Below are positions 20,781 through 30,377 of a DNA stretch of 64,000 nucleotides, piece by piece (position 1 is the first letter of the stretch; every line of letters begins with the position of its first letter). Under the pieces are notes generated by a model, which had not been told where the DNA came from, did no database searches, and worked only from the letters and a program-made list of their open reading frames with translations. The translations under genes and the position numbers were made by a program. The stretch lies in NCBI GenBank assembly GCA_965249725.1, contig CBDFMQ010000002.1:1696001-1760000 (forward strand), read 5' to 3'. The DNA comes from Longimicrobiales bacterium (GTDB lineage: Bacteria > Gemmatimonadota > Gemmatimonadetes > Longimicrobiales > Gaopeijiaceae).

Positions 20781-21772
20781 CCTTTCGCCTCTCCCTTGAG
20801 CGCCCTGGCGGCGTCTTTGGCGAAGTAGGTGAGAATGAGATCGGCCCCGGCCCGCTTGAGACCCACCAGGCTCTCCATGACAATGCGATCTTCGTCGACC
20901 CAGCCCTTCTCGACGGCGGCCTTGATGATGGAGTACTCCCCCGACACCTGATAGGCGGCCGTCGGCATGCCGAACGCCTCTTTCACCCGAAACACCACGT
21001 CCATATAGGGCCCGGCCGGTTTCACCATGACGATGTCGGCGCCCTCTTCGATGTCCAGCTCGACTTCCCGGAGGGCCTCGTCCCCATTGGGAGGATCCAT
21101 CTGATAGGCACGCCGGTCCCCGTGGGCGGGGGCAGAGTGGGCGGCATCGCGGAAGGGTCCGTAGTAGGCCGAGGCATACTTGGCCGCGTAGGCGACAATG
21201 ACCACATCGGGGAACTCGGCAACGTCGAGGGCCGTGCGGATGGCTCCCACTCTGCCGTCCATCATGTCGCTGGGCGCTACTGCATCCGCACCCGCCTCGG
21301 CGTAGGTCACGGCCGCGCGGGTCAGGAGTGGCAGAGAGGCATCGTTATCCACCTCGCCCGACTCGGTGAGCACTCCACAGTGACCGTGATCCGTGTACTC
21401 GCAAAGGCACACGTCGGCCCACACCAGCAAGTCCGGGACGGCGTCTTTGATGGCACGGATGGCCTGAGGCACCAGGCCCTGAGGGTCGAACCCGGCCGAA
21501 CCCTGAGCGTCCTTCCGCTCGTCGTCGGGAACCCCAAATAGAATGACGGCGGGAATGCCGAGGGCGTGGACCTCCCTCGCCTCCTCCACCACCAGGTCCA
21601 CCGACAGTTGAAAGACCCCGGGCATACTGGCAACGGCGTTCCGGACACCCTCTCCCTCCACGACGAAGAGAGGATAGACGAGATCGTTCGGGGACAGCGA
21701 GGTCTCCCTCACGGCCCGCCTCCAGGTCTCGTTCTGGCGAAGCCGACGCAGACGGCGCCTCGGAAAGCTCAT
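20777..21772 (-). CDS. hemB: Porphobilinogen synthase
   Basis: [39 protein letters not shown]. Confidence 0.97.
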   Translation of the reverse strand: MSFPRRRLRRLRQNETWRRAVRETSLSPNDLVYPLFVVEGEGVRNAVASMPGVFQLSVDLVVEEAREVHALGIPAVILFGVPDDERKDAQGSAGFDPQGLVPQAIRAIKDAVPDLLVWADVCLCEYTDHGHCGVLTESGEVDNDASLPLLTRAAVTYAEAGADAVAPSDMMDGRVGAIRTALDVAEFPDVVIVAYAAKYASAYYGPFRDAAHSAPAHGDRRAYQMDPPNGDEALREVELDIEEGADIVMVKPAGPYMDVVFRVKEAFGMPTAAYQVSGEYSIIKAAVEKGWVDEDRIVMESLVGLKRAGADLILTYFAKDAARALKGEAKG

Positions 21773-21782
21773 CGGTTGCCTC

Positions 21783-23003
21783 TTATCGTGACGCTGTCTC
21801 GACCCGGATCTCGGCCGCGAAGAGCATGGTTCGGTCATGGTCTCGCGCCGCCCACTTCCGAAGAGTGGCGACACGGGGCTCGACGAGCCCCTCAAAAGAT
21901 ACTTCACCATTGGTGACGATGCGGATAGGCCGGGCGAGATCGCACTCCTCGGGCGAGATCAGCAGCGTAAACCGTGGCACGTGGTAGGCATCGACCGTGA
22001 CCGTGTTGCCCTCCCTGACGGCGTCTACGAGGGCGCTCGCCCCGTCATAGGTGATGCTCGCCAATGCGCCCCGGTCTTCGTCACCCTTGATGTGTCCGAT
22101 CTTGTCGATGACCACCCAGTGGGCCCGGTTGTAGCGGTCCGTACGCTCGGTCACCCACAGCACGCGATCAGGAAGCGGATCCCTCGGATGGGACTCCATG
22201 AAGGCCGCGATGTTCTCCACCTCGTCCGGCCACCAGCTGGTGTTGTGTCCCCCGGGTTTCGGCGTGAACACGAAGTCGACCCCCAGGCGCTCGAAGTCCT
22301 CCAGGAAGGGCGCCATGTTGCGGACCGGGTAGACACGATCCGTCTCGCCGTTCACGATGAAGAACGGCTTGTTGACCAGGTTGGCCAGATGCATCATCCC
22401 GTCGACCCCCACCCGAGGATTCAAGAGAACTCCCGGATAGCCGATGAACGGCAGAAAGCCGGCCCAGGGTGTGGTGTCTCGGAACCCCAGGAAGTACACG
22501 CCTGTGCCTCCGTCCGAGACGCCTGTGGCGAATACCCGGTTCTCGTCCACGTTGTAGGTCTGCTTCAGCTCGGTGAGGATCGCGTTGAGGTTCTCCACCT
22601 GACTCGCCTGCCACCACAACGACTCGCGCGTCGAGAGTGGGATGACCGCGATCTGATCCTCGCTCGTGACCCGCGATGTGTTCCGCCACCAGCCGCCTCC
22701 GGGACCCGGATCGGGCCTGCCCACACCGCCGTGCAGGTACACACCGACCGGGTAGCGGCGGGCCGCGTCGTAGCTCTCCGGGACAAGAAGCAGATATCGG
22801 TGAAGGAGTCCGTCCCGGTTCTTGCGGGTGAGCTCGATACGGCCGGTGGGGACACCACTCTCGTACTGCCGCCCCCGTTGCAGCTCGTCGTAGGCACGAT
22901 CGAACTCATCAGGCGACTGCGCCGCCAGGTTCTGGAGGCTCGCGAGTTGTGGTACGAACACCGCGATCAAAGCCAGGACCAGCTTCACCCGAGGTCCCCT
23001 CAT
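21783..23003 (-). CDS. Secreted alpha/beta hydrolase (esterase-like)
   Basis: Signal peptide, YLHGG, GVSDGG nucleophile elbow, PGGH. Confidence 0.75.
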   Translation of the reverse strand: MRGPRVKLVLALIAVFVPQLASLQNLAAQSPDEFDRAYDELQRGRQYESGVPTGRIELTRKNRDGLLHRYLLLVPESYDAARRYPVGVYLHGGVGRPDPGPGGGWWRNTSRVTSEDQIAVIPLSTRESLWWQASQVENLNAILTELKQTYNVDENRVFATGVSDGGTGVYFLGFRDTTPWAGFLPFIGYPGVLLNPRVGVDGMMHLANLVNKPFFIVNGETDRVYPVRNMAPFLEDFERLGVDFVFTPKPGGHNTSWWPDEVENIAAFMESHPRDPLPDRVLWVTERTDRYNRAHWVVIDKIGHIKGDEDRGALASITYDGASALVDAVREGNTVTVDAYHVPRFTLLISPEECDLARPIRIVTNGEVSFEGLVEPRVATLRKWAARDHDRTMLFAAEIRVETASR

Positions 23004-23048
23004 GTCCCCTCCCCTCGATCGGCTCCCGCTACCTGCTCGGGGCACGCG

Positions 23049-23086
23049 AAAAAAGGAGGGCCGGCCGTGTTTGGCCCGGCCCTCCC
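23049..23086 (-). terminator. Intrinsic terminator
   Basis: GGAGGGCCGG...CCGGCCCTCC stem followed by T6 on the minus strand. Confidence 0.8.
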
Positions 23087-23113
23087 TAAACGGCTGCTCG
23101 CTACGTAGCGAAC

Positions 23114-23761
23114 CTACATGCCAGAGCTGAGCTTCAGGTTCTTCACCCGCATGTCCAAGTTGTGGTTCAAGCGGACGCCCCACACTCCCTCGGTGGGAAT
23201 CTCCGACGTCTTGTGACGGTGCACCTCTTGCCCGTTCAGCTTGAAGATGGTGTTCTCGGCGTCGACCTCGACGGACATGTCGTTTTCCGCATGGCCGGAG
23301 TCGTCGCTCTGGTGGATGGACCCGTGCGGCGTCCACGGAGCGAGCTCGAAGGTCTCGTCTCCCTTCCGCGTCTTGATGATGTAGTTGCCGTCACCGCGCA
23401 CCAGGAAGTAGGTGTAAGCCTGGTCGGGGCCTTGAAGATCGCCACCGCCGACGATGAGTCCGATGCCGTGGGCATGCCCCTTGGAGCTGAGCTGCTCGAA
23501 GGTCCCGGACGCCGTGTACGCTCCGTGCGCCATGTTTCCGGGCTTGTAGAGCACGATGGCGGGTCCGACGCTGATGTCGAGTACGCCTCCCACATCCGTA
23601 AACCGAACATTCTCGTAATTCTGACCTCTGTCGGTCCGACCCATCCAACCCTCGGCCAACTCGCCCCCGCCCTCAATCGCTCGGTCGGGGTCCATCTGCT
23701 CCTGCGCTGCCAGAGGCAGTGCAAGCAGGAGCGCCGCCAGCGCTACCAGACTCGATCGCAT
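23114..23761 (-). CDS. Secreted beta-sandwich protein (DUF1080-like), hypothetical
   Basis: SD GGAGG, signal peptide, beta-strand pattern. Confidence 0.7.
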   Translation of the reverse strand: MRSSLVALAALLLALPLAAQEQMDPDRAIEGGGELAEGWMGRTDRGQNYENVRFTDVGGVLDISVGPAIVLYKPGNMAHGAYTASGTFEQLSSKGHAHGIGLIVGGGDLQGPDQAYTYFLVRGDGNYIIKTRKGDETFELAPWTPHGSIHQSDDSGHAENDMSVEVDAENTIFKLNGQEVHRHKTSEIPTEGVWGVRLNHNLDMRVKNLKLSSGM

Positions 23762-23834
23762 CGTTGTGTCCCTCCGTCGATACATGGATGTCATTCAAGA
23801 ACCGCTCTTCTACGATTGGGATCGTTGAATTGAT

Positions 23835-23877
23835 CCCCTCACTGGGCCCCTCGCTGGGCTCCTCACTGGGCCCCTCA
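23835..23877. repeat. 12-bp tandem repeat CCCCTCACTGGG x3.5
   Basis: Units at 23835, 23847, 23859 and partial 23871; includes the stop codon of the GGDEF gene. Confidence 0.85.
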
Positions 23878-24372
23878 GTTGTTCCATCCGTCTTTGGGGA
23901 TCTCGACTCGATCGCCGCCCTGTTCCAATGCCGCGCTCAACGCACCCTTGACCGCTCGGAGCATGTCTGCCTTGGTCCCGTCGCCGTCACCGCGATAGCT
24001 CGCGATGCCCGCGCTCAGGGTGGTGCCCGTCTGTTTCGTGTACTCGGAGATCGCATCTTTGATGCGGTCGGCGAAAATCAACCCGCCCTGGACGTTACAG
24101 AGGGGCAGAAGACAGATGAACATGTCCTCTCCGTAGCGCGCGACGAGATCGGTGGATCGGGTCACTGCACCTATGGCTGATCCGACATTGACCACCTGCT
24201 CTTCCGAGTCCGGTTGTCCCTCGGACCAGGACCCCTCGTCGATCCCGAACAGCACCAACGTCACGTGAACGCCCCGGTGTGCGATCGGAAACGTGAAGTC
24301 GAAGAGGATGTCGAAGTGCCACTCGCTGGCGAGGCCCGTGGCCGGGTCTCTCAGTCGATCGGCATCGCGCAC
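23875..24372 (-). CDS. Stand-alone degenerate GGDEF-domain protein
   Basis: DPATGL, ARYGEDMF in place of RxGGDEF, TLSAGIA. Confidence 0.8.
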   Translation of the reverse strand: MRDADRLRDPATGLASEWHFDILFDFTFPIAHRGVHVTLVLFGIDEGSWSEGQPDSEEQVVNVGSAIGAVTRSTDLVARYGEDMFICLLPLCNVQGGLIFADRIKDAISEYTKQTGTTLSAGIASYRGDGDGTKADMLRAVKGALSAALEQGGDRVEIPKDGWNN

Positions 24373-24554
24373 TCATGTCTCCCGCTGCAGGTGGCCCCAC
24401 CCCAATCCCCACGTAACAACTTGACGTCCGGCCCCGGTACCGGAAAGAGCCACGTCGCTAGGAGGTCAGTAAGACCGCCTGTATCTTGGTGGTAGAAGCC
24501 TTCGTTCGGGTCCCTCGATGGGGCCCAGGCTCACCGCGGTTCACAGGAGGGGAA

Positions 24555-25259
24555 GTGCCACTGTCCCGTGTGCGAAGCGCACTCACCGGCGTCCGACCGG
24601 CTTTGACCCCCGCACTGCTCGTGCTGGGCCTTTCGATCGCATCGGCCGACCCCGTCTTCGCCCTCTCCCTGCAGGCCTCGACGGGAGCGATCGAGGGGAC
24701 CGTAGAGGTGCGTACGCCCCCGCCGCGGAGGACGGCCAACCGCTACGCCAGCGGCCGGGTCCAGCCTGCCAAGACGGTGCAGCAGCTACCCGCGGTCGTC
24801 TATCTCATCGGCGGGACGGTCGATCGGGCGCCGGCGTCCCCGGCGCTGACGATGGCCCAACAGGACACCTCGTTCGCACCTCCGGTTCTCGCCGTCCAGG
24901 TCGGCGGCATGGTGGAATTTCCGAACGGGGATCCGTTCTTCCACAACGTGTTTTCATACTCTCAGGTGCAGCGGTTCGACCTCGGGCGTTACCCGCTGGG
25001 TGAATCGAAGACGGTGACCTTCGGGGAACCGGGCGTCGTGAAGATCTACTGTGAGGTCCACGACTTCATGCGGGCGGCCGTGCTCGTACTCGAGAGTGCC
25101 CACCACGCCGTAGTGTCCGATGACGGGTCGTTCGTGATAGCAGGAGTGCCTCCCGGGGACTACCAACTCGTGACCTGGCACGCCGACCTGGACGAACAGG
25201 CGACGCCCATCACGGTACGTGCCGGGGAGACCCAGAACGTCGACGTGACCCTACGGTGA
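24555..25259 (+). CDS. Secreted cupredoxin + carboxypeptidase-regulatory-like domain protein
   Basis: SD AGGAGG; FPNGDPFFHNVFS and YCEVHDFM (type-1 Cu His/Cys/His/Met). Confidence 0.8.
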   Translation: MPLSRVRSALTGVRPALTPALLVLGLSIASADPVFALSLQASTGAIEGTVEVRTPPPRRTANRYASGRVQPAKTVQQLPAVVYLIGGTVDRAPASPALTMAQQDTSFAPPVLAVQVGGMVEFPNGDPFFHNVFSYSQVQRFDLGRYPLGESKTVTFGEPGVVKIYCEVHDFMRAAVLVLESAHHAVVSDDGSFVIAGVPPGDYQLVTWHADLDEQATPITVRAGETQNVDVTLR

Positions 25260-26998
25260 GCAGCTCCGGAGCCCTCCCCCGAGTTCCGTGGCGGCAGAGC
25301 TTCGGCGCAAGAGTTGCCGCCTCGATTCTCGGCACCGTCGCCCTCTTGCTCGGTGCCACTCTACTCGCTGTCCGAATCGAGACCGAACGGCAGATCTCCA
25401 GCGTCACCGAGTCGGCCACCGAGCGATCGCGGACGGCGTTCGCCGACATCGTGAGCATCCAGGAGCAGCGGCTGCGTGACGTTCTGGACCCCATCACGGG
25501 ATCGCGTCGCACCGTCGCCGCGCTCGAAGCCGCCCTGGACGCCGAGGATCCGGAGCTCCTCCTGGCGGAGATCGTGTACAGCCTGGATCTCGCCGACGCC
25601 GGGGACGTAGCGTTGATGTCCTTTACCGACGCCGAGGGAAATGCCGTGCTCACGGTGGTGGATGGAGAGACCCTCACCGGTCGGGACCCCGCGGGCGTCC
25701 GTCCTCTCATGGACCGGATTCTCGGAGAGGGCCTGCCGGAGGCCACCGCCTTCCAACTCGTCGGCGAGCGACTCTACATGATCGAGGCCCGCGCGCTCGA
25801 ACTCGGGCCTCGCTTCGTCGGGACTGCCGCGTTTGGGGCCAGGGTCGATGACGAGGTGGCCATCCAACTCGGACGGATCGCCGGCGGAGAGGTCTGCCTC
25901 GTCGCCGGCGACCGGTGCGTTGCGGGCACGCCGGAGACGCGCAACGAGCTGGGGGCCACGCTGGCCTCGGTAGCCGGTACGGCAGGAACAGGTCGCACCA
26001 CCGCCTTGGGGAAGACCTGGGGGGTGCTGAGCGACCCGCTCAACGCGGACGCTCCCGAAGACGGATGGCGGGTCATCGCCGTGCCGCTCGATGAAGTGAG
26101 GGAGCCCTTCGATCGCATCTCTCGAGCCCTCACACTGAGCGGGCTGGCCGGCCTGTTGTTCGCCGGCCTGGCTAGTGTCCTCACCTCGCGCGGGCTGGCC
26201 GGTCCGGTCCGTGCCCTCATGCAGGCCGCGAGCCGCGTGGCCGAGGGCGACTATCAGGCCCACGTACAGGAGAGTCGTCAGGACGAATTGGGCCGTCTCG
26301 CGGCTTCGTTCAATGAAATGACCGCCGGTTTGCGCCTCAAGGAGCAGTACCGAGGGGTCCTCGACAAAGTCGTATCCAAGGAGGTCGCCGAAGAGCTCCT
26401 TCGGGGGGACATCGAACTGGGTGGTGAGGCACGGGAGGCCTCGGTGCTGTTCGCCGACATCAGGGGCTTCACCTCCCTTACGGAGGGCATGCCCCCGGAA
26501 GCCGTCATCGGTCTCATCAACTCGTGTATGGCGCGCATGAGCGAGGCGGTGGAGGCCGAGGGCGGGGTCGTGGACAAATACGTGGGCGACGAGTTGATGG
26601 CGGTGTTCGGAGCCCCCATCTCCCGGAGGGACGATGCGAGGCGCGCGGTGTGTGCCGCCGTTCGAATCCAAGAATCCCTCACGGACCTGAACCGCCACCG
26701 ACAGAGCAAGGGGCGGGAGCCCATCGGCGTGGGCATCGGAGTCAGCACCGGCGAGGTGGTGGCGGGCAACATGGGGTCGCCCAATCGGCTCAACTACACG
26801 GTGCTGGGAGAAGCCGTGAATCTGGCTTCCCGGATCTGTGATGCCACGCCGGCGGGCGAGATACGCGTCTCGGAAGGAACGGCCCAAGGCATGGGCAGCG
26901 GACTGTTCGCGGACTCCATAGGAGCCCAACAGTTCAAGGGATTCTCAAAGGACGCAGAGGTGTTTCGAGTCCGCTTGGATCGTGATCTTGAAGCGTGA
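25256..26998 (+). CDS. Membrane class III adenylate cyclase with periplasmic sensor and HAMP
   Basis: Two TMs, HAMP DELGRLAASFNEM, FADIRGFT, DKYVGDELM, YTVLGEAVNLASR. Confidence 0.9.
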   Translation: MSSSGALPRVPWRQSFGARVAASILGTVALLLGATLLAVRIETERQISSVTESATERSRTAFADIVSIQEQRLRDVLDPITGSRRTVAALEAALDAEDPELLLAEIVYSLDLADAGDVALMSFTDAEGNAVLTVVDGETLTGRDPAGVRPLMDRILGEGLPEATAFQLVGERLYMIEARALELGPRFVGTAAFGARVDDEVAIQLGRIAGGEVCLVAGDRCVAGTPETRNELGATLASVAGTAGTGRTTALGKTWGVLSDPLNADAPEDGWRVIAVPLDEVREPFDRISRALTLSGLAGLLFAGLASVLTSRGLAGPVRALMQAASRVAEGDYQAHVQESRQDELGRLAASFNEMTAGLRLKEQYRGVLDKVVSKEVAEELLRGDIELGGEAREASVLFADIRGFTSLTEGMPPEAVIGLINSCMARMSEAVEAEGGVVDKYVGDELMAVFGAPISRRDDARRAVCAAVRIQESLTDLNRHRQSKGREPIGVGIGVSTGEVVAGNMGSPNRLNYTVLGEAVNLASRICDATPAGEIRVSEGTAQGMGSGLFADSIGAQQFKGFSKDAEVFRVRLDRDLEA

Positions 26999-27002
26999 AT
27001 CG

Positions 27003-28292
27003 ATGATGCATGACCGAGAGCCCCACGGTATCCGGGGGATATACCTGGTGTGCGCCCTCGGATCGCTCCTGGCGTCACCTGCAGCAGGCCAAGACCCGGG
27101 CGACCTGCCCACGCTCGCCGACCTGGGCCTCGGGTACATCTCCCCGTCCGGCACCTTCCAGATTGACCTGAGCGGCCAGTTGGATGTGGAGGGATACCTC
27201 CCGGAGGAGTCACCGCCTTGGCTCATCCCGACCGACGATCCGTTCTTGGCTGGCCGCATACGGCTGTTCACCGACGTGTTCTGGACCGACCGAGTCTACG
27301 GGTTGGTCGAACTGCGCGTGGATCGTGGCGAGGAGCCTACCAACGAAGGGCTCGAGGCCCGCTTCGACCAGGCCTTCGTCCGGGTGCAGCCCTTCTCAGA
27401 GGCTGCGATTCACGTGGAGGTGGGCAAGTTCGTCTCACCCTTCGGCGGGTACGCCGGTAGGCATGGGACGACGCTGGATCCCTTCATCCGCCCGCCGCTG
27501 GTTCACGAATTCCGGACCACGCTCCCCACGGACAAAGGCGTCAATTCCCTGGTTGCCCTCCTGAAGTGGAAGGACGAACCCGACAAGTGGCGTTCCACTG
27601 GGGCGCCTCCCATCTGGGGTGTCCCCTATCAGTGGGGAGCCATGCTGCTGGGCGGCCTCGGTCCGTTCTCGGTGCGGGCGGCCCTGCTGAACAGCGCCCC
27701 CGCCTCCCCGCCGGAGGCCTGGGGGTTGGGCGCGGAGGCTCCACCGCTGGGGTCGACTCCCGCACTCAACCTCGGCGTCCAGCTTACTCCCGCACTCCGG
27801 GCCGAGGTCTCATGGACCAAGGGACCGTACCTGGTTCGTAGCGTCGAGAACATCGATCCCGAGCTGGGGATCGACTACTACGAGCAGCAGATCTGGGGTG
27901 GGGAAATCGTGTACATGCAGGGACCGCTCATGCTCAGGGGCGAGGTGTTTCACGATTTCTGGAAGGTCCCGCGCGTAAAGGTCTACCCGGTCGAGATCGC
28001 ATACTATCTGGAGGGTCAGATGGACCTCTTCGCCGGCCTGTGGGGGGCGATCCGCTACAACGCCATCGACTTCCTTCCCCTGTCCGACCATGACCTCGAG
28101 CACTCCGATACGGTGCTACCGCCCGGCGTGACCCGGGACTGGGACTACGACGTGAGCCGGTGGCAGTTCGGGATGGGCTACCGGTTCGCGCGAAACGGAG
28201 GAATCCAGGCCGAGTACGCGTGGAACCTGTCCGAAGCGCCGGTGGAACCGTCGGACAACCTGCTCTCGGCTCAGCTCTCCTGGATGTTCTGA
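27003..28292 (+). CDS. Probable outer-membrane beta-barrel protein
   Basis: Signal peptide, amphipathic strands, VGKFVSPFG, terminal F. Confidence 0.7.
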   Translation: MMHDREPHGIRGIYLVCALGSLLASPAAGQDPGDLPTLADLGLGYISPSGTFQIDLSGQLDVEGYLPEESPPWLIPTDDPFLAGRIRLFTDVFWTDRVYGLVELRVDRGEEPTNEGLEARFDQAFVRVQPFSEAAIHVEVGKFVSPFGGYAGRHGTTLDPFIRPPLVHEFRTTLPTDKGVNSLVALLKWKDEPDKWRSTGAPPIWGVPYQWGAMLLGGLGPFSVRAALLNSAPASPPEAWGLGAEAPPLGSTPALNLGVQLTPALRAEVSWTKGPYLVRSVENIDPELGIDYYEQQIWGGEIVYMQGPLMLRGEVFHDFWKVPRVKVYPVEIAYYLEGQMDLFAGLWGAIRYNAIDFLPLSDHDLEHSDTVLPPGVTRDWDYDVSRWQFGMGYRFARNGGIQAEYAWNLSEAPVEPSDNLLSAQLSWMF

Positions 28293-28301
28293 GCGGGTGG
28301 G

Positions 28302-28811
28302 CTAGTCGCGCGGCGGCCCGTCGGGGTGGGGGCTGCAGTCCGGAGGCATCTGCACCGTGTAGCTGACCGCCGCCACCTTCCATCCGTCGGGCGTCATGGC
28401 GAGTTGGAACGCATCCGTACCGCAGTGGCTGAACTCCAACCCCCGGTAGAAGTCGTATGCCGTCCAGATCGTCGCGACCGGTCCGTCGATTCGCACCTCA
28501 GGATCCCACATACGCTCGGCCATCACGTAGGTCACCTCCGGCAGGCGCTCCGCGAACTCGTCTCGACTCGTCTGGTTCGTCGTCTCGAATCCCACGGCCA
28601 TGAAGTACCCGTCCGGGAGCATCGCGGCCCGAAACGCCTCCGGATCACGATTCTCCATGGCATCGAACACCGCCTGAGCAGCAGCGATCACCGCGCGCTC
28701 CTCTTTGGTCTGGGCCTCCACGCCCGTCGCCCCCCCCAAGGCGAAGAGGACGACAAGCGCGAGACACGGAGTACGCAGTGCGGCCCGTGCAGTCCACAGC
28801 CTCAGCGCCAT
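28302..28811 (-). CDS. Secreted NTF2/SnoaL-like protein
   Basis: ERMWDPEVRIDGPVATIWTAYDFY...SHCGTDAFQL. Confidence 0.8.
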   Translation of the reverse strand: MALRLWTARAALRTPCLALVVLFALGGATGVEAQTKEERAVIAAAQAVFDAMENRDPEAFRAAMLPDGYFMAVGFETTNQTSRDEFAERLPEVTYVMAERMWDPEVRIDGPVATIWTAYDFYRGLEFSHCGTDAFQLAMTPDGWKVAAVSYTVQMPPDCSPHPDGPPRD

Positions 28812-30229
28812 CAGCGGATGCCCACCTGGCCCTTCACCTCGTCGAGGAGCGTGCGGGAGTCGTAGCCGACGCCGTCCTTGAACACCGTGACGGTGTTCCG
28901 GATGATGGACGAGTCACCGGTGAAATCACCGCGCAGGAGCACCATGTCGGCGACCTTGCCGACCTCGATGCTCCCTAGGTCGTCATCGACGCCCAGGATC
29001 TTCGCTCCGTTCAGGCTGGCGATCTGAATGGCCTGCGGGAACGTGAACTCGGCCTCGACCAGAAGCTCGACCCCGCGCTGGTCCCCGTACCCGGCCAGCG
29101 CTCCGCCCCTACCCGTGGGATCCACGCCGTTGGCCAGGACCCCACCCATCTCCGCGAAACGGACCTCGTACGCCATGGCGTTCTTGAAGAGATCGACGCT
29201 CAGGGCGTTGGGATCGTTATCGATGCGCTCGCGATCGGCGAGGTACAACTCACGAATCTCGGGCGTCAGAGCCTCGAGCGCCCGTGGGTCCTTCACGTCC
29301 CGGTTCGGGTAGGACATCTCGTAGACCGGCAGGGTCGAGGTCATGGCCACGCCCGCGTCGACCATCTTCCGGAACGTCGCTTCCACCTCGGGGCCCCTCA
29401 CGTCCACGCTGAGAGCAACGAGACGGTTGTTCGGCGGACACTTGTCGGGCTCCTTGGCAGGGTTGTAGTCCGAAGCGGTGTGAAGTCCGTGCTCGATGTT
29501 GTCGAAGCCCATGTCTACGGCCTCGGCGAAACTGATCGAGCAGATGTGCCCGGTCACCTTCATACCGCGCTTGTGGGCCTCGTCGACGACCGCCGCCATC
29601 TCGGCCCGGCGGATGTTCGTGTAGGCCTTGATCCAGGTGGCCCCCTCCTCGGCCCAATACGCCACGAAGCGACGCGCCTGCTCGGGCGAGTTGAGAAGGG
29701 TCATTCCCGTGTTGCCTTCACCGCCGGTGATATACGGAGCGGTGATGTGAATCCGGGGACCCGGGATGCGACCGTTGTCGATCTCGGCCTTGAGGTTGAG
29801 CTCGGCGTACGGCTGGCGGCTTCCGGTGGTCCGGACCGTCGTCACCCCGGCCCCGAGGTATAGGCGAGGCCCGGTGAACGACGCCTGAGCGCCTCGTCCC
29901 TGGCCCGAGTAGTACATGTGATCGTGAAGACCGAAGAGACCCGGAATGAGGGTATGACCCGAATAGGTCAGTACGTCGGCGTCCTGAGGGATGTCGACGT
30001 TCGTCCCGATCTGCGTGATGCGTCCCTCTTCCACCACCACAGAGACGCCGCGCTGGGCCGCTGCCCCCGTGCCATCGATCAGGGTGACGTTCCTGAGGAC
30101 GAAGGCTGGAGCGGAGACCGTTACGTATCGGTTCCGCATTTGGCTGGTCAACTCGGTGGCGAGCTGGGCTCCCAATGCCGTGGGGAGGGCCGTAACGAGG
30201 CCTAAGAAGAGGAAAAGCATGCGTCTCAT
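28811..30229 (-). CDS. Secreted amidohydrolase family protein
   Basis: PGLFGLHDH (HxH), GVTTVRT, IEHG, GSIEVGKVADM. Confidence 0.9.
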   Translation of the reverse strand: MRRMLFLFLGLVTALPTALGAQLATELTSQMRNRYVTVSAPAFVLRNVTLIDGTGAAAQRGVSVVVEEGRITQIGTNVDIPQDADVLTYSGHTLIPGLFGLHDHMYYSGQGRGAQASFTGPRLYLGAGVTTVRTTGSRQPYAELNLKAEIDNGRIPGPRIHITAPYITGGEGNTGMTLLNSPEQARRFVAYWAEEGATWIKAYTNIRRAEMAAVVDEAHKRGMKVTGHICSISFAEAVDMGFDNIEHGLHTASDYNPAKEPDKCPPNNRLVALSVDVRGPEVEATFRKMVDAGVAMTSTLPVYEMSYPNRDVKDPRALEALTPEIRELYLADRERIDNDPNALSVDLFKNAMAYEVRFAEMGGVLANGVDPTGRGGALAGYGDQRGVELLVEAEFTFPQAIQIASLNGAKILGVDDDLGSIEVGKVADMVLLRGDFTGDSSIIRNTVTVFKDGVGYDSRTLLDEVKGQVGIR

Positions 30230-30313
30230 GGTACCGCTCCTTCGTAGCGCCCCCTGGGGGCGTCAATGATCCGTGAGGACCCTCATGATACCGGGCTGCA
30301 GGGGGTCCGCAAC

Positions 30314-30370
30314 CTAGTTGATCCCGACCCGTCCCTTCACCTCGTCGATGAGCGTGCGCGAGTCGTACCC
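30314..30370 (-). pseudogene. C-terminal remnant of a paralogous amidohydrolase
   Basis: GYDSRTLIDEVKGRVGIN* versus GYDSRTLLDEVKGQVGIR* at the end of the neighbouring gene. Confidence 0.8.
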
Positions 30371-30377
30371 CGCGGGC

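Noticed and set aside
23875..24372. Active diguanylate cyclase
   Set aside because: Signature is YGEDMF and the first metal-binding Asp is missing
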